DNA of 64,000 nucleotides from an uncultured Gemmatimonadales bacterium (GTDB lineage Bacteria; Gemmatimonadota; Gemmatimonadetes; Gemmatimonadales; GWC2-71-9): assembly GCA_963728915.1 (NCBI GenBank), contig CAVSLV010000001.1, forward strand, positions 576,001 through 640,000, written 5' to 3'. A model generated the notes under the pieces. The model saw only the letters and a list, made by a program, of their open reading frames with translations, ran no database searches and had not been told where the DNA came from. This document shows positions 1 through 10,071 of this stretch, piece by piece. A program made the translations under genes and the position numbers. Position 1 is the stretch's first letter, and each line of letters begins with the position of its first letter.

Positions 1-44
1 TGGCTCTTCACCCGGGGGAAGTGGAAGACCGTCCGGGTCTGAGG

Positions 45-473
45 TCAGGGCCAGCGCGCCAGCATCTGCCGCAGCTCGTCGCGGTGGTTGGTTTCGTCCG
101 CGATGATAGTGTCGAAGTCGGCGGCCAGGCCGTGCTCCGCGGCGGCTTCTGCTTCTTTGCGCCGCTGAACATAGCGCTTGATCGTGTCGACCTCGGCCTG
201 GAGCGCCGCTTCGAGCATGGCTTTGGTTTCGCTCACGACCTTGACCGGAGCGGGCATGGCCGGTGGCGTGCCGCCCAGGGCGGAGATCTTGTCGGCGAGA
301 ATCTGGGCGTGCCGCAGCTCTTCGGGGATCTCCTTGGCGAAGAAGGCCCGGAGCTCCTGGCGCCAGGGGCCCTGCACCATGCTGGCGTAGAGGCGGTACA
401 TGATGACCGCCGAGAACTCGTTCTGAAGGTCGATGCCGAGTCCCTTGAGAAGTTTCGCGGTTGCTTTTGCCAT
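45..473 (-). CDS. Ferritin-like (bacterioferritin/Dps-like) four-helix-bundle protein
   Basis: Diiron-type pattern NE..., EELRH, E-x6-Y and DETNH. GGAGG SD precedes the ATG at 473. The Bfr heme-ligand Met (DEMKH) is replaced by Leu. Confidence 0.8.
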   Translation of the reverse strand: MAKATAKLLKGLGIDLQNEFSAVIMYRLYASMVQGPWRQELRAFFAKEIPEELRHAQILADKISALGGTPPAMPAPVKVVSETKAMLEAALQAEVDTIKRYVQRRKEAEAAAEHGLAADFDTIIADETNHRDELRQMLARWP

Positions 474-538
474 GACGATCCTGCCTCCCCTGTGTTGATC
501 CATCGGTTAACGATCTCCTGCTCCAACCTACCTGGCGT

Positions 539-2962
539 CTATTCGGACTGCATCGCGACGACCGGGCTGATTCGGGATGCCCGCAGCGCGGGAGCCAGCG
601 CCGCGAGGAGCGATGCCACCATCACCCCCAGAGCGACCACCGCATACGCCGTGGGGTCGGTGGATTGGCCGGGTTGGAGCAGGCCGCGAATCACCTTCAT
701 GAGGACCGTCGCGAGGGGAACCCCGATCAGCACACCCAGCGCGGCCAGCCGGCCCGCTCCCTGCAGCACCTCCCGCACGATCCGGGAGCGATGCGCGCCG
801 AGCGCATTGCGGATCCCGATCTCGCGGGAACGACGGCCGGTGTCGAAGGCGAGCACGCCATAGACGCCGATCACGGTCAGGAACAAGCCGACCAGGGCGA
901 AGCCCCCGATCTGCCAGGCGTTGGAACGCACCCCGCTGAGCTGACGGTCCGCCGTCTCGCGGACCAGCGCGGTGAAGAGGGGCCGGTCGGGTACCAGGCC
1001 GGTCAGGGCAAGCCGAACCGGCCGGACCAGGGGAGCGGGGTCTGACCTCGCCTGCACCAGAAACTGGGGGAACGGGGAAGGGGATTGGGCGTAGGGCAGA
1101 TACAGCTCGGGTCCCTCTTCCGCGAGGAGCAGGTTCGGCTGGGCCGCCTTGCTGTCGGCGACGATCCCGACCACGGTGACCACCACCAGCGTGCCGTCGG
1201 GCTTGGCGAAACGAATCGACCGCCCGATGGGAGACTGGTCGGGCCACCAGTGCTGTGCCGCCCACTGATTCACGATAGCGACATCCATACTGGTCGAATC
1301 ATCGTGCTCGGTGAAGTCGCGACCGTTCCGCAGGCGCACGCCGACCGAGGCGAAATACCCGGGACTCACCAACTGGGCCGCGCCCGGCGCCTGTCCCCGG
1401 GGCAGCGCCTCGGCCGCCCCGCCGACGACCAGGGAAGACTGGCCGTCTTTCGACGGGATCGGCTGAGTCGCCCGGATCGCGACACTCGCCACTCCGGGGA
1501 TCCGGCCCAGCTCGGTATAGATCCGATCGGTGATCGGGAGATAGATCTCGGGAACCCGCCAGGGGTGCGGATAGCTTGGCCCCGCGGAGATGAGCCGGCC
1601 GTCGTCAAAGCCCAGGTCGACCTGGGCGTAGTGGAATGCGGTTCGGGTCATGAAAAAGGCGCCGCTCGCCAGCACAGTGGCGCTGGCGACCTGGGCGACC
1701 ACGAATCCCTGCCGGATCCAGCCTGCGAGGGTGCCGCCGCCACTCCGGTCGGTAGTGCGAAGCAGGTGCTGTACGTCGCCGCGGATCGCGACCCGGGCCG
1801 GGACCAGCGTGATGGCGACCCCCGCGATCGCGGCCACCAGCACCGCGAAGCCGAGGACCCGGAGATCGATGTGATAGTCCATCCCGGCTGGACGCAGCGC
1901 GGACAGCACCGGAAGGGAGCGAAGCACGCCGAGGGCGGAGGCGGCCAGGGCGACCCCTAACACGGTGGCCGCGACCACGATGATCCCGTTCTGGAGCATG
2001 ACGCCGCGGGCCAACCGGGCCGGATTGGCGCCCAGCGCCGCCCGGATGGCGTACTCCCGCTGCTGGCGGATGGTCCGGACCAGCACCAGGTTGGCCAGGT
2101 TGGCGCAGGCGATGAGCAGCACGCAGGCGACGATGGCGCCGAAGACCAGATCGTGGGAGTCGGTGGATCCGGCATAGCGGTCCCGGAGCGGATTCGCGAT
2201 GAGCTGGGTCTTCTCCCCGGGGGTCGGGATGGTTTCGATCCCCGCCACTTCGGCCCGGAGCTGCGCGAGGGTTCGGCCCGGCGCCAGCCGGCCGATCACG
2301 TTGACCGAGCGTATCGACGGTCGGGTGCTCGGGTCGAGCGTGGGCACCGCCGGAAGCCAGAAGTCCGAGTTCACCTCGAACCGGAACTCCGGGGGCATCA
2401 CCCCGATCACGGTGTAATGGGAATCGCTGAGCTTGATGTCCTTGCCGATGATCTCGGGATCCCGGCCGAGCTGGTTGACCCAGACGGCGTAACTCAGGAT
2501 CGCGGTGAGGGGGACGCCGAGACGATCGTCCTCGGCGGTGAACACCCGGCCCCGGAGCGGAGTGGCGTTCAGCAGGGCGAACATGGTGGGGGTGAGCACG
2601 CCGCCGTTGAGCAGGATCGCGTCGCCACCGGTGTTCAGCGATTTGGCGCCGCTGTTGAACGCCCCGATCGCATCGAGGGAATGAAACGGATAGCGCTTGA
2701 GAATCTGGTCGTAGGTGGTGTACCGGACGTCGCAGCCGTTGCGGCAGGCGTCACCGGACGCACCCGGTGTCGCGGGGACCTCGGAAAGGATGACCAGTCG
2801 GCCGGCGTCGGGGAACGGGAGAGCCCGAAGCCGGATTGCATCGATCATGCTGAACGCCGCAACGCTCCCGCCGATGGCGAGGGACAGGGAGACGATCGCG
2901 GTGATGAGGAACACCGGGGTACGAAGCAGCGAGCGAAGAGCGAGCCGGAGTTGGGAGATCAT
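539..2962 (-). CDS. ADOP-type duplicated MacB/FtsX ABC transporter permease
   Basis: LRSLLRTP N-terminus, LLIACANLANL, REYAIRAALGA, REIGIRNALGA and PALRASRISP C-terminus; 807 aa with two MacB_PCD/FtsX repeats. Confidence 0.9.
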   Translation of the reverse strand: MISQLRLALRSLLRTPVFLITAIVSLSLAIGGSVAAFSMIDAIRLRALPFPDAGRLVILSEVPATPGASGDACRNGCDVRYTTYDQILKRYPFHSLDAIGAFNSGAKSLNTGGDAILLNGGVLTPTMFALLNATPLRGRVFTAEDDRLGVPLTAILSYAVWVNQLGRDPEIIGKDIKLSDSHYTVIGVMPPEFRFEVNSDFWLPAVPTLDPSTRPSIRSVNVIGRLAPGRTLAQLRAEVAGIETIPTPGEKTQLIANPLRDRYAGSTDSHDLVFGAIVACVLLIACANLANLVLVRTIRQQREYAIRAALGANPARLARGVMLQNGIIVVAATVLGVALAASALGVLRSLPVLSALRPAGMDYHIDLRVLGFAVLVAAIAGVAITLVPARVAIRGDVQHLLRTTDRSGGGTLAGWIRQGFVVAQVASATVLASGAFFMTRTAFHYAQVDLGFDDGRLISAGPSYPHPWRVPEIYLPITDRIYTELGRIPGVASVAIRATQPIPSKDGQSSLVVGGAAEALPRGQAPGAAQLVSPGYFASVGVRLRNGRDFTEHDDSTSMDVAIVNQWAAQHWWPDQSPIGRSIRFAKPDGTLVVVTVVGIVADSKAAQPNLLLAEEGPELYLPYAQSPSPFPQFLVQARSDPAPLVRPVRLALTGLVPDRPLFTALVRETADRQLSGVRSNAWQIGGFALVGLFLTVIGVYGVLAFDTGRRSREIGIRNALGAHRSRIVREVLQGAGRLAALGVLIGVPLATVLMKVIRGLLQPGQSTDPTAYAVVALGVMVASLLAALAPALRASRISPVVAMQSE

Positions 2963-3012
2963 GCCCTATGTTACTGTGAGGCCCGGGAAGTGCCAACGGG
3001 GCTCGGGGAGCC

Positions 3013-3396
3013 ATGGCCACCGCGAACACCACGGCGGGAAAAACCTACACCAGGATCTACGCCGTGGTGCGGCGCATTCCTCCCGGGCGGGTGGCGAGCT
3101 ACGGGCAAGTCGCCAGGCTGGCGGGGTTACCGGGTCGGGCGCGCCAAGTGGGTTATGCGATGTTCGCCCTTCCCCGGGGCACCACGGTCCCCTGGCACCG
3201 GGTCATCAACGCCATGGGAAAGGTCAGCCGGCGGCGGGTGCCCGGCGCCGAGTTGACCCAGCGGATCCTGCTGGAGCGGGAAGGGGTGCGCTTCGGCCGC
3301 GGCGGGAAGGTCGACCTCGAGCGATACCGCTGGAATGCGCTGCCGGCCCGGCACCGGCGTCGAGACTCACTCTCAGGCTCAGGAGACGCGACATGA
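3013..3396 (+). CDS. Alkyltransferase-like (ATL/YbaZ-type) O6-alkylguanine-binding protein, MGMT family
   Basis: IPPGRVASYGQVA...RARQVG...VPWHRVIN. PWHRV has Trp in place of the catalytic Cys, which defines ATL proteins. Confidence 0.88.
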   Translation: MATANTTAGKTYTRIYAVVRRIPPGRVASYGQVARLAGLPGRARQVGYAMFALPRGTTVPWHRVINAMGKVSRRRVPGAELTQRILLEREGVRFGRGGKVDLERYRWNALPARHRRRDSLSGSGDAT

Positions 3397-4562
3397 CCAC
3401 GTCCAGGGACGGAGGTTGCCACGAGACCGCGTGGACGACCAGGCGCGGTGGCCGACGCTCGCTGTCGATCGCGTGGCTCGCGCTCCTGACCGGATGCAGC
3501 CATCGCCCACCGCCCGATTTTCTGCCGGACCCCGCCCTGATTGCGCAGATCCGCGAGATCCGCATGACTCCGCTGGTGGAGGCGGCGTGCCCGGGTGAGT
3601 CGTTCCGGATGAGCTACGATGCGGTACTGGAGGACGGAACCGTGGTCCCCTTCGCGACCCGCTACGATCGGGACAATCCCCCCAGGTTGCATGTCCAGTT
3701 TCTCGATCGGACCAGCCCGCAGGCCGATCCGCAAGGGGACGGAGCCTGGAGAACGGATCCGGATCCCTGGCGGTCGGTCATGACCGGCTACGAGCTGGAA
3801 GCGGTGCTCCATGCCAAGCCGTCGGTGCGGGCCGGAACCCGGGTCCCGCCGGAGTACGATTGCATGGACCGGTCCCTTTCCTTCCATGGCGCGAATGGTC
3901 GGGATGCCAGCGGGAAGAACTCCGCGGGACGGAGCGGCGACGGCGGACGGGACGGTCCGGACATCACCGTGCGGGTCGGCATCGTGCACTCACCCTTCAT
4001 CCCGCGTTTACTGGTTGCCGCTATCCAGGTTGGGAACGACGCCCCGCGCTACCGATTGGGCGATGCCGATCGCGTCCCGCCCCGGGCCTGGCTGCGCATC
4101 GAAAGCAGAGGCGGCAGCGGTGGAGATGGAGGAAATGGCGCTCCAGGAAAAGCCGGGGTGGCAGGAAAGGCCGGTTGCCCGGGTGGGGCGGGGGGCCAGG
4201 GTGGCGACGGTCAATTCGGCGGGGGCGGCGGGATGGGAGGAGATGGAGGCTCGCTCACGATCATCGTCCCGGAATCGGATCGGTTTCTGTCCGGAGCGCT
4301 GGACGCGGTGAGCGTGGGTGGAGACGGCGGCCGTGGTGGCAAGGGCGGGGCGGGTGGCGCCGGCGGGGCCGGTGGTCCTGCGAACGGGGTGAGTTGCGCC
4401 GCGGGGCCGGCCGGCGCGAATGGCCGGGATGGGTCTTCCGGCCCGAGCGGGCGGCGGGGTCGTGGGGACCGGGAGGTGACCGTGATCACGGTGCCGCAGC
4501 GCCAGGTGTTCGGCTCGCGGATTCCGCCCGAGCTGGAGGCGCTGCTGAACCCTCCGCGTTAA
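3393..4562 (+). CDS. Putative lipoprotein with Gly-rich/collagen-like repeats
   Basis: ATGA overlap with the ATL stop codon; lipobox-like LLTGC; C-terminal half has G-x-x-G-x-G repeats (GNGAPGKAGVAGKAG, GKGGAGGAGGAGGPA). Confidence 0.7.
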   Translation: MTTSRDGGCHETAWTTRRGGRRSLSIAWLALLTGCSHRPPPDFLPDPALIAQIREIRMTPLVEAACPGESFRMSYDAVLEDGTVVPFATRYDRDNPPRLHVQFLDRTSPQADPQGDGAWRTDPDPWRSVMTGYELEAVLHAKPSVRAGTRVPPEYDCMDRSLSFHGANGRDASGKNSAGRSGDGGRDGPDITVRVGIVHSPFIPRLLVAAIQVGNDAPRYRLGDADRVPPRAWLRIESRGGSGGDGGNGAPGKAGVAGKAGCPGGAGGQGGDGQFGGGGGMGGDGGSLTIIVPESDRFLSGALDAVSVGGDGGRGGKGGAGGAGGAGGPANGVSCAAGPAGANGRDGSSGPSGRRGRGDREVTVITVPQRQVFGSRIPPELEALLNPPR

Positions 4563-4575
4563 CCCGCGGCCCCGG

Positions 4576-7235
4576 CTACTCGGCGCGCAGCACCTCCACC
4601 GGGTTAACCCGCGATGCCCGCAACGCCGGAATCAGCACCGCGACGGCCGCGGGGATGAGCAGGGCAAACGGAGCCGCCAGGAACGTCTTCACGTCCCGGG
4701 GCTCGATCCCATAGAGCAGAGCCGTGAGCACCCGGGAGAACCCCCAGGCGCCCGCCAGTCCCACCAGGAGTCCCACCACCACGGCACCACTCAACTCGGT
4801 CACCAGCAGTCCGATGAGCGCCTTCCCTCGGGCGCCCAGGGCCGCCCGAATGCCGAACTCGCGGTTGCGCTGGCTCGCGCTGTAGCGGACCACGCCATAC
4901 ACGCCAAGCGAGGCCAGGGCCAGCGCAGATCCGGCAAACAGGGTGAGCAGGGTGACGTTGGTGCGCCTGGGCCGGACCGATTCGCCGATGATCTCATCGA
5001 GCATGCGCAGGTTGTAGCCCGGCTGGGTCGGAGCCACCTCGCGGAGGGCGAGGGTCAGCGCGCCCATCAGCCCGGAGGGTGGCAGGGTCCCTCGAATCAG
5101 GAATCCCACCGAGGCGGGCGGCTGGGCCTCGAGGGCGTAGTACATCTGGGGAGCCGGCTTCCGGTCCAGGCTCATCTCCCTGACGTCGCGGACCACCCCG
5201 ACGATGGTGATCCGCGTGGTATCCTGTTGGGAGGCTCGAATGGACAACCCCACCGGATCCATGCCGGACCAGTACTTCCTCGCCATGGACTCGCTGATTA
5301 TCACGACCCGGGGAGCGAGCGAGTCGTCCGAAGGACGGAAGGTCCGGCCTCGGAGAATCGGAATACCCAGCGCGGCGAAGTACCCCGGACTCGCGATCAG
5401 GTACCGCGCCATGGCGCGTCCCTCGGCCGGTGGCGGCACGCCGTCGAGCTCGAAGGTGATCGAGAGCTTCCCGCCGGATCTGAGCGGAAGGTCGTTCACC
5501 GCGGCGGCGGCGGTCACGCCGGGCAGATGCTTCAATCGGTCCAGCACCCCGTCGATCAGGCGAATCCGGTCGCCTCGACTCTGCGCTCGGGCGAAGCTGA
5601 CCTCCATGGTCGCAATTCCCTCGCTGACCAGTCCGGTCGGCTCGGCCCTGAGCCGGGCAAAGCTGCGGACCAGAAGCCCCGCTCCGACGAGGAGCAGCGT
5701 GGTGAGGGCGATCTCCGCGGCCACCAGACCTTGCCGGACGCGGCCCAGCCCGTGCCCGGTGGCCCCGTGCCCTCCGGCCGATTTGATCGCCTCCGCCACA
5801 TCGAGCCGGGTGCTCGAGAGCGCGGGCCAGAGGCCGAATCCCAGGCCGGTCAGGACCGCGATGAGCGTGGTGAATCCCAGGACCCGCAGGTTCACCGTGG
5901 CGGCAACGGTGCCGGCGAGATCCTCCGGCATCAGGGCCCCGAGGAGGCCGAGCAGGGCCGGCGCGACCAGGAGGCCTAACCCGGCGCCGCCGAGCGCCAT
6001 CACCACGCTTTCCACCAGGAGCTGCCGGACGATCCGGCCCGGTCCGGCGCCGAGGACCTCGCGGACCCCGATTTCCCGCCGCCGCATCGAAGCGTCGGAG
6101 AGCAGCAGGTTGGCGACGTTGGCACAGGCAATCAGAAGCAGCAGCAGGGTCGCCCCGAACAGGATCAGCAGCGCCCGGCGCCGCGGGCCGACCAGCTCAT
6201 CCTGGAGCGAGGTGATCGCTCCTCGAGCCCGATCTCATCCCGGGCCTCGCTGACCCAATCCTGATCGGGGCGGGCCCCGGCGAGGACCCGATCCCAGGCA
6301 AGCCGGGTCCGCGCTTCCGCGGTAGCCATCGTCGCGCCGCGCGCGAGACGGGCAATGGCTCGCGCGGGGAGAAACCCGCGGAACGGCTCGAAGGTGGCAA
6401 ACGTGGTGGGGATCGGCATCGGAATCCAGGCGTCGCTCTGGCTGGGAAACCCGAACCCCGCCGGCATAACCCCGATCACGGTGTACGACTTTTCATTGAG
6501 CCGAATGGTTCGGCCCAGGACGTCGCTGCCGCCGAACTGCTCTTTCCAGAGCGCATGCGACAGGATGACGGCATTGGGTCCGTTGGGGCTGCCTTCCTCG
6601 GGGCTGAAGTTGCGGCCGAGGAGCGGGGACACGCCAAGGGTGGGGAGGAACCCCGCGGTGACCACCCCCATCCGGAGTCGCAGCGGGTGCTCGGGGTCGG
6701 AGAGATTGAGCCCGCCCGATGCGAACGCCGCGACGCTCGAGAAGGCGTCCGGCAGATCAGTAGCGTCCAGCAGGTCGAGCTCGCGCGCGCTGGTCGCCGT
6801 GCGTTGGGCCATCTCGGGTGCGAAGGGGACGGTGACGCGGGTAAGGCTCACCAGGCGGCCCGGATCGTCGAAAGGAAGGCGCCGGAGCAGGGCGGCATCC
6901 ATCGCGCTGAACATCCCCGTCGTGGTCCCGATCCCCAGCCCCATGATCAGGATGACCGGGAGCGAGAGCCCGGGTCGCTGGCGGACTCGCCGGAACGCAA
7001 AGCGAAGGTCCTGGACCAGGCGGTCCAGGGCGCCGAATCCCCAATGGCCGCGACTTTCCTGGGCCAGGGCGGCCGGGTTGCCGAATCGTCGCCGGGATTC
7101 GGAGACCGCCTGGTCCACCGTGCGGCCCGACTGGGCCAGCTGCCTGACGCGCTCCTCCTGGTGGAAGCGCATCTCCTCGTTCAGGTCGTTCGCGGCCTGT
7201 TCGCGCCGCAGGAAATACCAGAGTCGTCGGAGCAT
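4576..7235 (-). CDS. ADOP duplicated permease, split by a 1-nt frameshift near 6228-6230
   Basis: The N-terminal part has the 'DLNEEMRFH...RRRFGN' leader and DLRFAFR. Adding one G to the GGG run joins it to GAITSLQDELVG...LLIACANVANLLL and the 4576..6087 ORF. Confidence 0.85.
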
Positions 7236-7240
7236 GAGGA

Positions 7241-7567
7241 TCACGCCGGTTGGAGGATCCGGGCGATCGCGCCCGAGACCCGGTGCCAGGAAGCGATTTC
7301 CCGCTCGAGCGCCCGTCGCCCGGAAGCGGTGATCTGGTAATAGCGGGCCCGTCGGTTCTCCGCGGTCTTGCTCCACTCCCCCCGGATCCAGCCTTTGATG
7401 AGCATGCGCTGGAGGGCAGGGTAGAGGGATCCCTCCTCCACCTGGAGCACATTCGCGGAAACGCGCTGGATGGCTTCGGCGATCTCGAAGCCATGGAGCG
7501 ACCCGGCGCCGGCGAGGGTGCGGAGAATGAGCATATCGAGCGTGCCGGGAGGGATGGGATCCCGCAT
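7241..7567 (-). CDS. PadR family transcriptional regulator (Acidobacterial type)
   Basis: GTLDMLIL..LHGFEIA..VEEGSLYPALQRM..ENRRARYYQIT; lies directly upstream of the ADOP permease. Confidence 0.92.
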   Translation of the reverse strand: MRDPIPPGTLDMLILRTLAGAGSLHGFEIAEAIQRVSANVLQVEEGSLYPALQRMLIKGWIRGEWSKTAENRRARYYQITASGRRALEREIASWHRVSGAIARILQPA

Positions 7568-7582
7568 GGAGGGCCTCCGGTT

Positions 7583-7622
7583 ATGACATAGAGAGTCTAT
7601 GTCATGGGGTGTCCCGACGCAA
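7583..7622 (-). promoter_or_regulatory. sigma70-like promoter of padR overlapped by a palindromic operator
   Basis: On the minus strand, TTGCGT (7622-7617), 17 nt, then TAGACT (7599-7594). A perfect inverted repeat ATGACATAGA-GAG-TCTATGTCAT spans 7583-7605. Confidence 0.75.
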
Positions 7623-7650
7623 GAAGCGGGTCCGGTGGCCCGAACCCGCT
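7621..7650 (-). terminator. Possible intrinsic terminator downstream of the DoxX gene
   Basis: Minus-strand AGCGGGT...ACCCGCT stem followed by a short TCTT tail, about 25 nt after the doxX stop. Confidence 0.3.
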
Positions 7651-7675
7651 CCCCCTTCGGTGTGCTGGCGGCGGA

Positions 7676-8182
7676 TCAGCCGCGGGGATGCGGCAGGGGG
7701 ACCTCGCGATGCCGGAGCAGCAGACTGCCAAGTCCGCCAATCAAGCCGAGGATGATGGCGAAGAGGCCGGCTTCGGTCGATGGATAGATCCCGAGGGCTG
7801 AATCAAATGCCAGACTGCCGGGACCCGCCAGCGCGATCAGCGCCGCCCCGGTGGCATAGGCCAATGGCAATTCGAGGCCGTTTCGCTGGTTGAAGAAGCC
7901 ATTCGCCAGGTGGACAGCCATGATCGCGACCACCATGTTCAGGATCACGAGCGCCGCGCCCAAGGGTACGAGCAGGCCGAGGGCCAACAGCCCTCCACCC
8001 AGGAATTCGCACATCCCGTTCAGCACCGCGTAACTCCGTCCCGGATGGAAACCGAGCGAATCGAGAAACATCCCGGTGCCCTCCACCCCTCGTCCGCCGA
8101 ACCACCCAAACAGCTTCTGGGCGCCGTGCGCTGCCACACCCAGTCCGAAAACAAGTCTCAGGAGCAGCATTCCTTCATCCAT
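7676..8182 (-). CDS. DoxX family membrane protein
   Basis: LLLRLVFG..AHGAQKLFGWFGG, EFLGG, VHLANGFF, GLELP and GPGSLAFD motifs; GGAGG SD before the ATG at 8182. Confidence 0.9.
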   Translation of the reverse strand: MDEGMLLLRLVFGLGVAAHGAQKLFGWFGGRGVEGTGMFLDSLGFHPGRSYAVLNGMCEFLGGGLLALGLLVPLGAALVILNMVVAIMAVHLANGFFNQRNGLELPLAYATGAALIALAGPGSLAFDSALGIYPSTEAGLFAIILGLIGGLGSLLLRHREVPLPHPRG

Positions 8183-8318
8183 AGCTTTCCTCCGGCGGGG
8201 GCCATAGATGGCGACGCGAGGCACCGGACGGGCTGCACAAGGGTGGTCGGGATTCGGCCGGCCTATATTATGGGGTCCGAGCTTCACCATCACAGAACTT
8301 CGCCCGACCACACGGATC

Positions 8319-10071
8319 ATGAAACGCTTCCTCGTGTTTTTGCCGGTCGTGCTCCTGGTCACCGCCGCTCCGCTGGTCGCCCAGAGCTGGAGATCCCGTC
8401 GCGGATCGCATCTTCCGACTCGGCATGGACAGCAGCAGGGTCGAGACCCTGGCGGAGGTCCTGTTCGATTCGATCGGTCCGCGACTCACCGGGAGCCCCG
8501 GAATGAAGAGCGCCAGCGACTGGGTCATCAAGACCTACCAGTCGTGGGGGATCGACGCCCGTCGCGAGCCGTACGGAACCTGGCGAGGCTGGCGCCGGGG
8601 CGCGTCGCACATCGATCTGGTGCAACCTCGGGTCCGGTCTCTCGAGGGACTGATGCTGGCGTGGAGTCCGGGAACCAAAGGCCGCCCGGTCACGGCGGAG
8701 GCCATCGTCCTCCCGAAGTTCTCCGACAGCACCGAATTCGTGAAATGGCTGCCCCAGGCCCGCGGGAAGATCGTGCTGCTTTCGCCGGCCTGGCCCACGT
8801 GCCGGCCCAGTGAGGACTGGATCCGCTTCGCGACGCCGGCCTCGCGCGCCAGGATCGACTCCCAGGTCGTCGCGATGCAGCGGGAGTGGGCGGTGGACCG
8901 CGACAGCACGAAGCTCTATCGCGGCACCGGATACTCGCTGGCGCTGGGAACCGGAACGCTGGGGATGCGACTCGAGAAGGCCGGTGTGGCCGGCATGATC
9001 AGCTCACGCACCAAGCTGTCCGGGTTCGGTCCGCCGCCCCAGTTCGGCCGGGGTGGCGGGTTTGGCGGCAATCAGGCCGCGGGAGGCCAGAGTGCCCATG
9101 GTGGCGGTCCCGCGGCGAGCCGTGCGGCCGCGATGAGCGGACTGGGCGGGTTCGGTGGGGGCGGGAACGGATCGGGCGGCTGGGGCGTGATCGAGGTGTT
9201 CGAGACCTATAATACCGTGGCTCCGGCGGTCACCCTGACCTGCGAGGACTACGGCCTGGTCTACCGCCTCGCCGAGAACCATCAGCACCCGATGGTGCGG
9301 CTCGACCTCGACGCCGACCTGCTCGGCGAACAGCCCGCGTTCAACACGATCGGCATGATCCGCGGAGTGGAGAAACCCGACGAGTATGTCATGCTCTCGG
9401 CGCACTTCGATTCCTGGGACGGCTCATCGGGGGCGACCGACAACGGGACCGGCACGCTGATGGCGATGGAAGCCATGCGGATCCTGAAGCTCGCCTACCC
9501 CCATCCCAGGCGAACCATCCTGGTAGGGCACTGGTCCAGCGAAGAGCAGGGGCTCAACGGCTCGCGGGCCTTCACCGAAGACCATCCCGAGGTGATGAAG
9601 GGGCTCCAGGCGCTCTTCAATCAGGACAACGGGACCGGCCGGATCCAGTCGATCAGTGCGGCGGGTCTCAGCGACATCGGCCGCCACCTCAGGGCCTGGT
9701 ACGGCAAGCTGCCGCCCTTCTACACCGACAGCATGAGCGACAACGTGGTCTCGTGGACCTTCAGCGACCGGCCGACCGGGAATCCGGGCGGGACCGACGG
9801 GGCGGTCTTTGCGTGTTATGCGACGCCGTCGTTCGGGCTCGGCGCGGTGGGCTGGAACTATGGGACCTACACCTGGCATACCAACCGGGACACCTACGAC
9901 AAGGTGGTGTTCGACGACCTGAAGCACAACGCGACGCTGGCGGCCCTGCTGGCCTACCAGGCGTCGGAGGACCCCGAGCTCATCGCGCGGGAGAAATCTC
10001 CCGGCAGCTGGCCCGCCGATTGGCCGGCCAACTGCGGCAAGGCGCCCCGGGTGACTCGCCCGCGCTACTGA
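8319..10071 (+). CDS. Secreted M28 family peptidase (carboxypeptidase Q-like), with a 1-nt frameshift just after the signal peptide
   Basis: Signal peptide MKRFLVFLPVVLLVTAAPLVAQ is in one frame. The body (DPVADRIF..., IGPRLTGS, SAHFDSWD, GATDNGTG, SEEQGL, NQDNG, TWHTNRD) is in the next frame. Confidence 0.85.

Noticed and set aside
2715..3392. 5' extension of the 615-aa ORF through the ATL gene
   Set aside because: It overlaps two real genes. The ATG at 3393, with its ATGA overlap and downstream lipobox, is the better start.
4100..4470. Gly-codon repeats as a tandem repeat or CRISPR-like array
   Set aside because: Degenerate coding repeats with no fixed repeat-spacer period.
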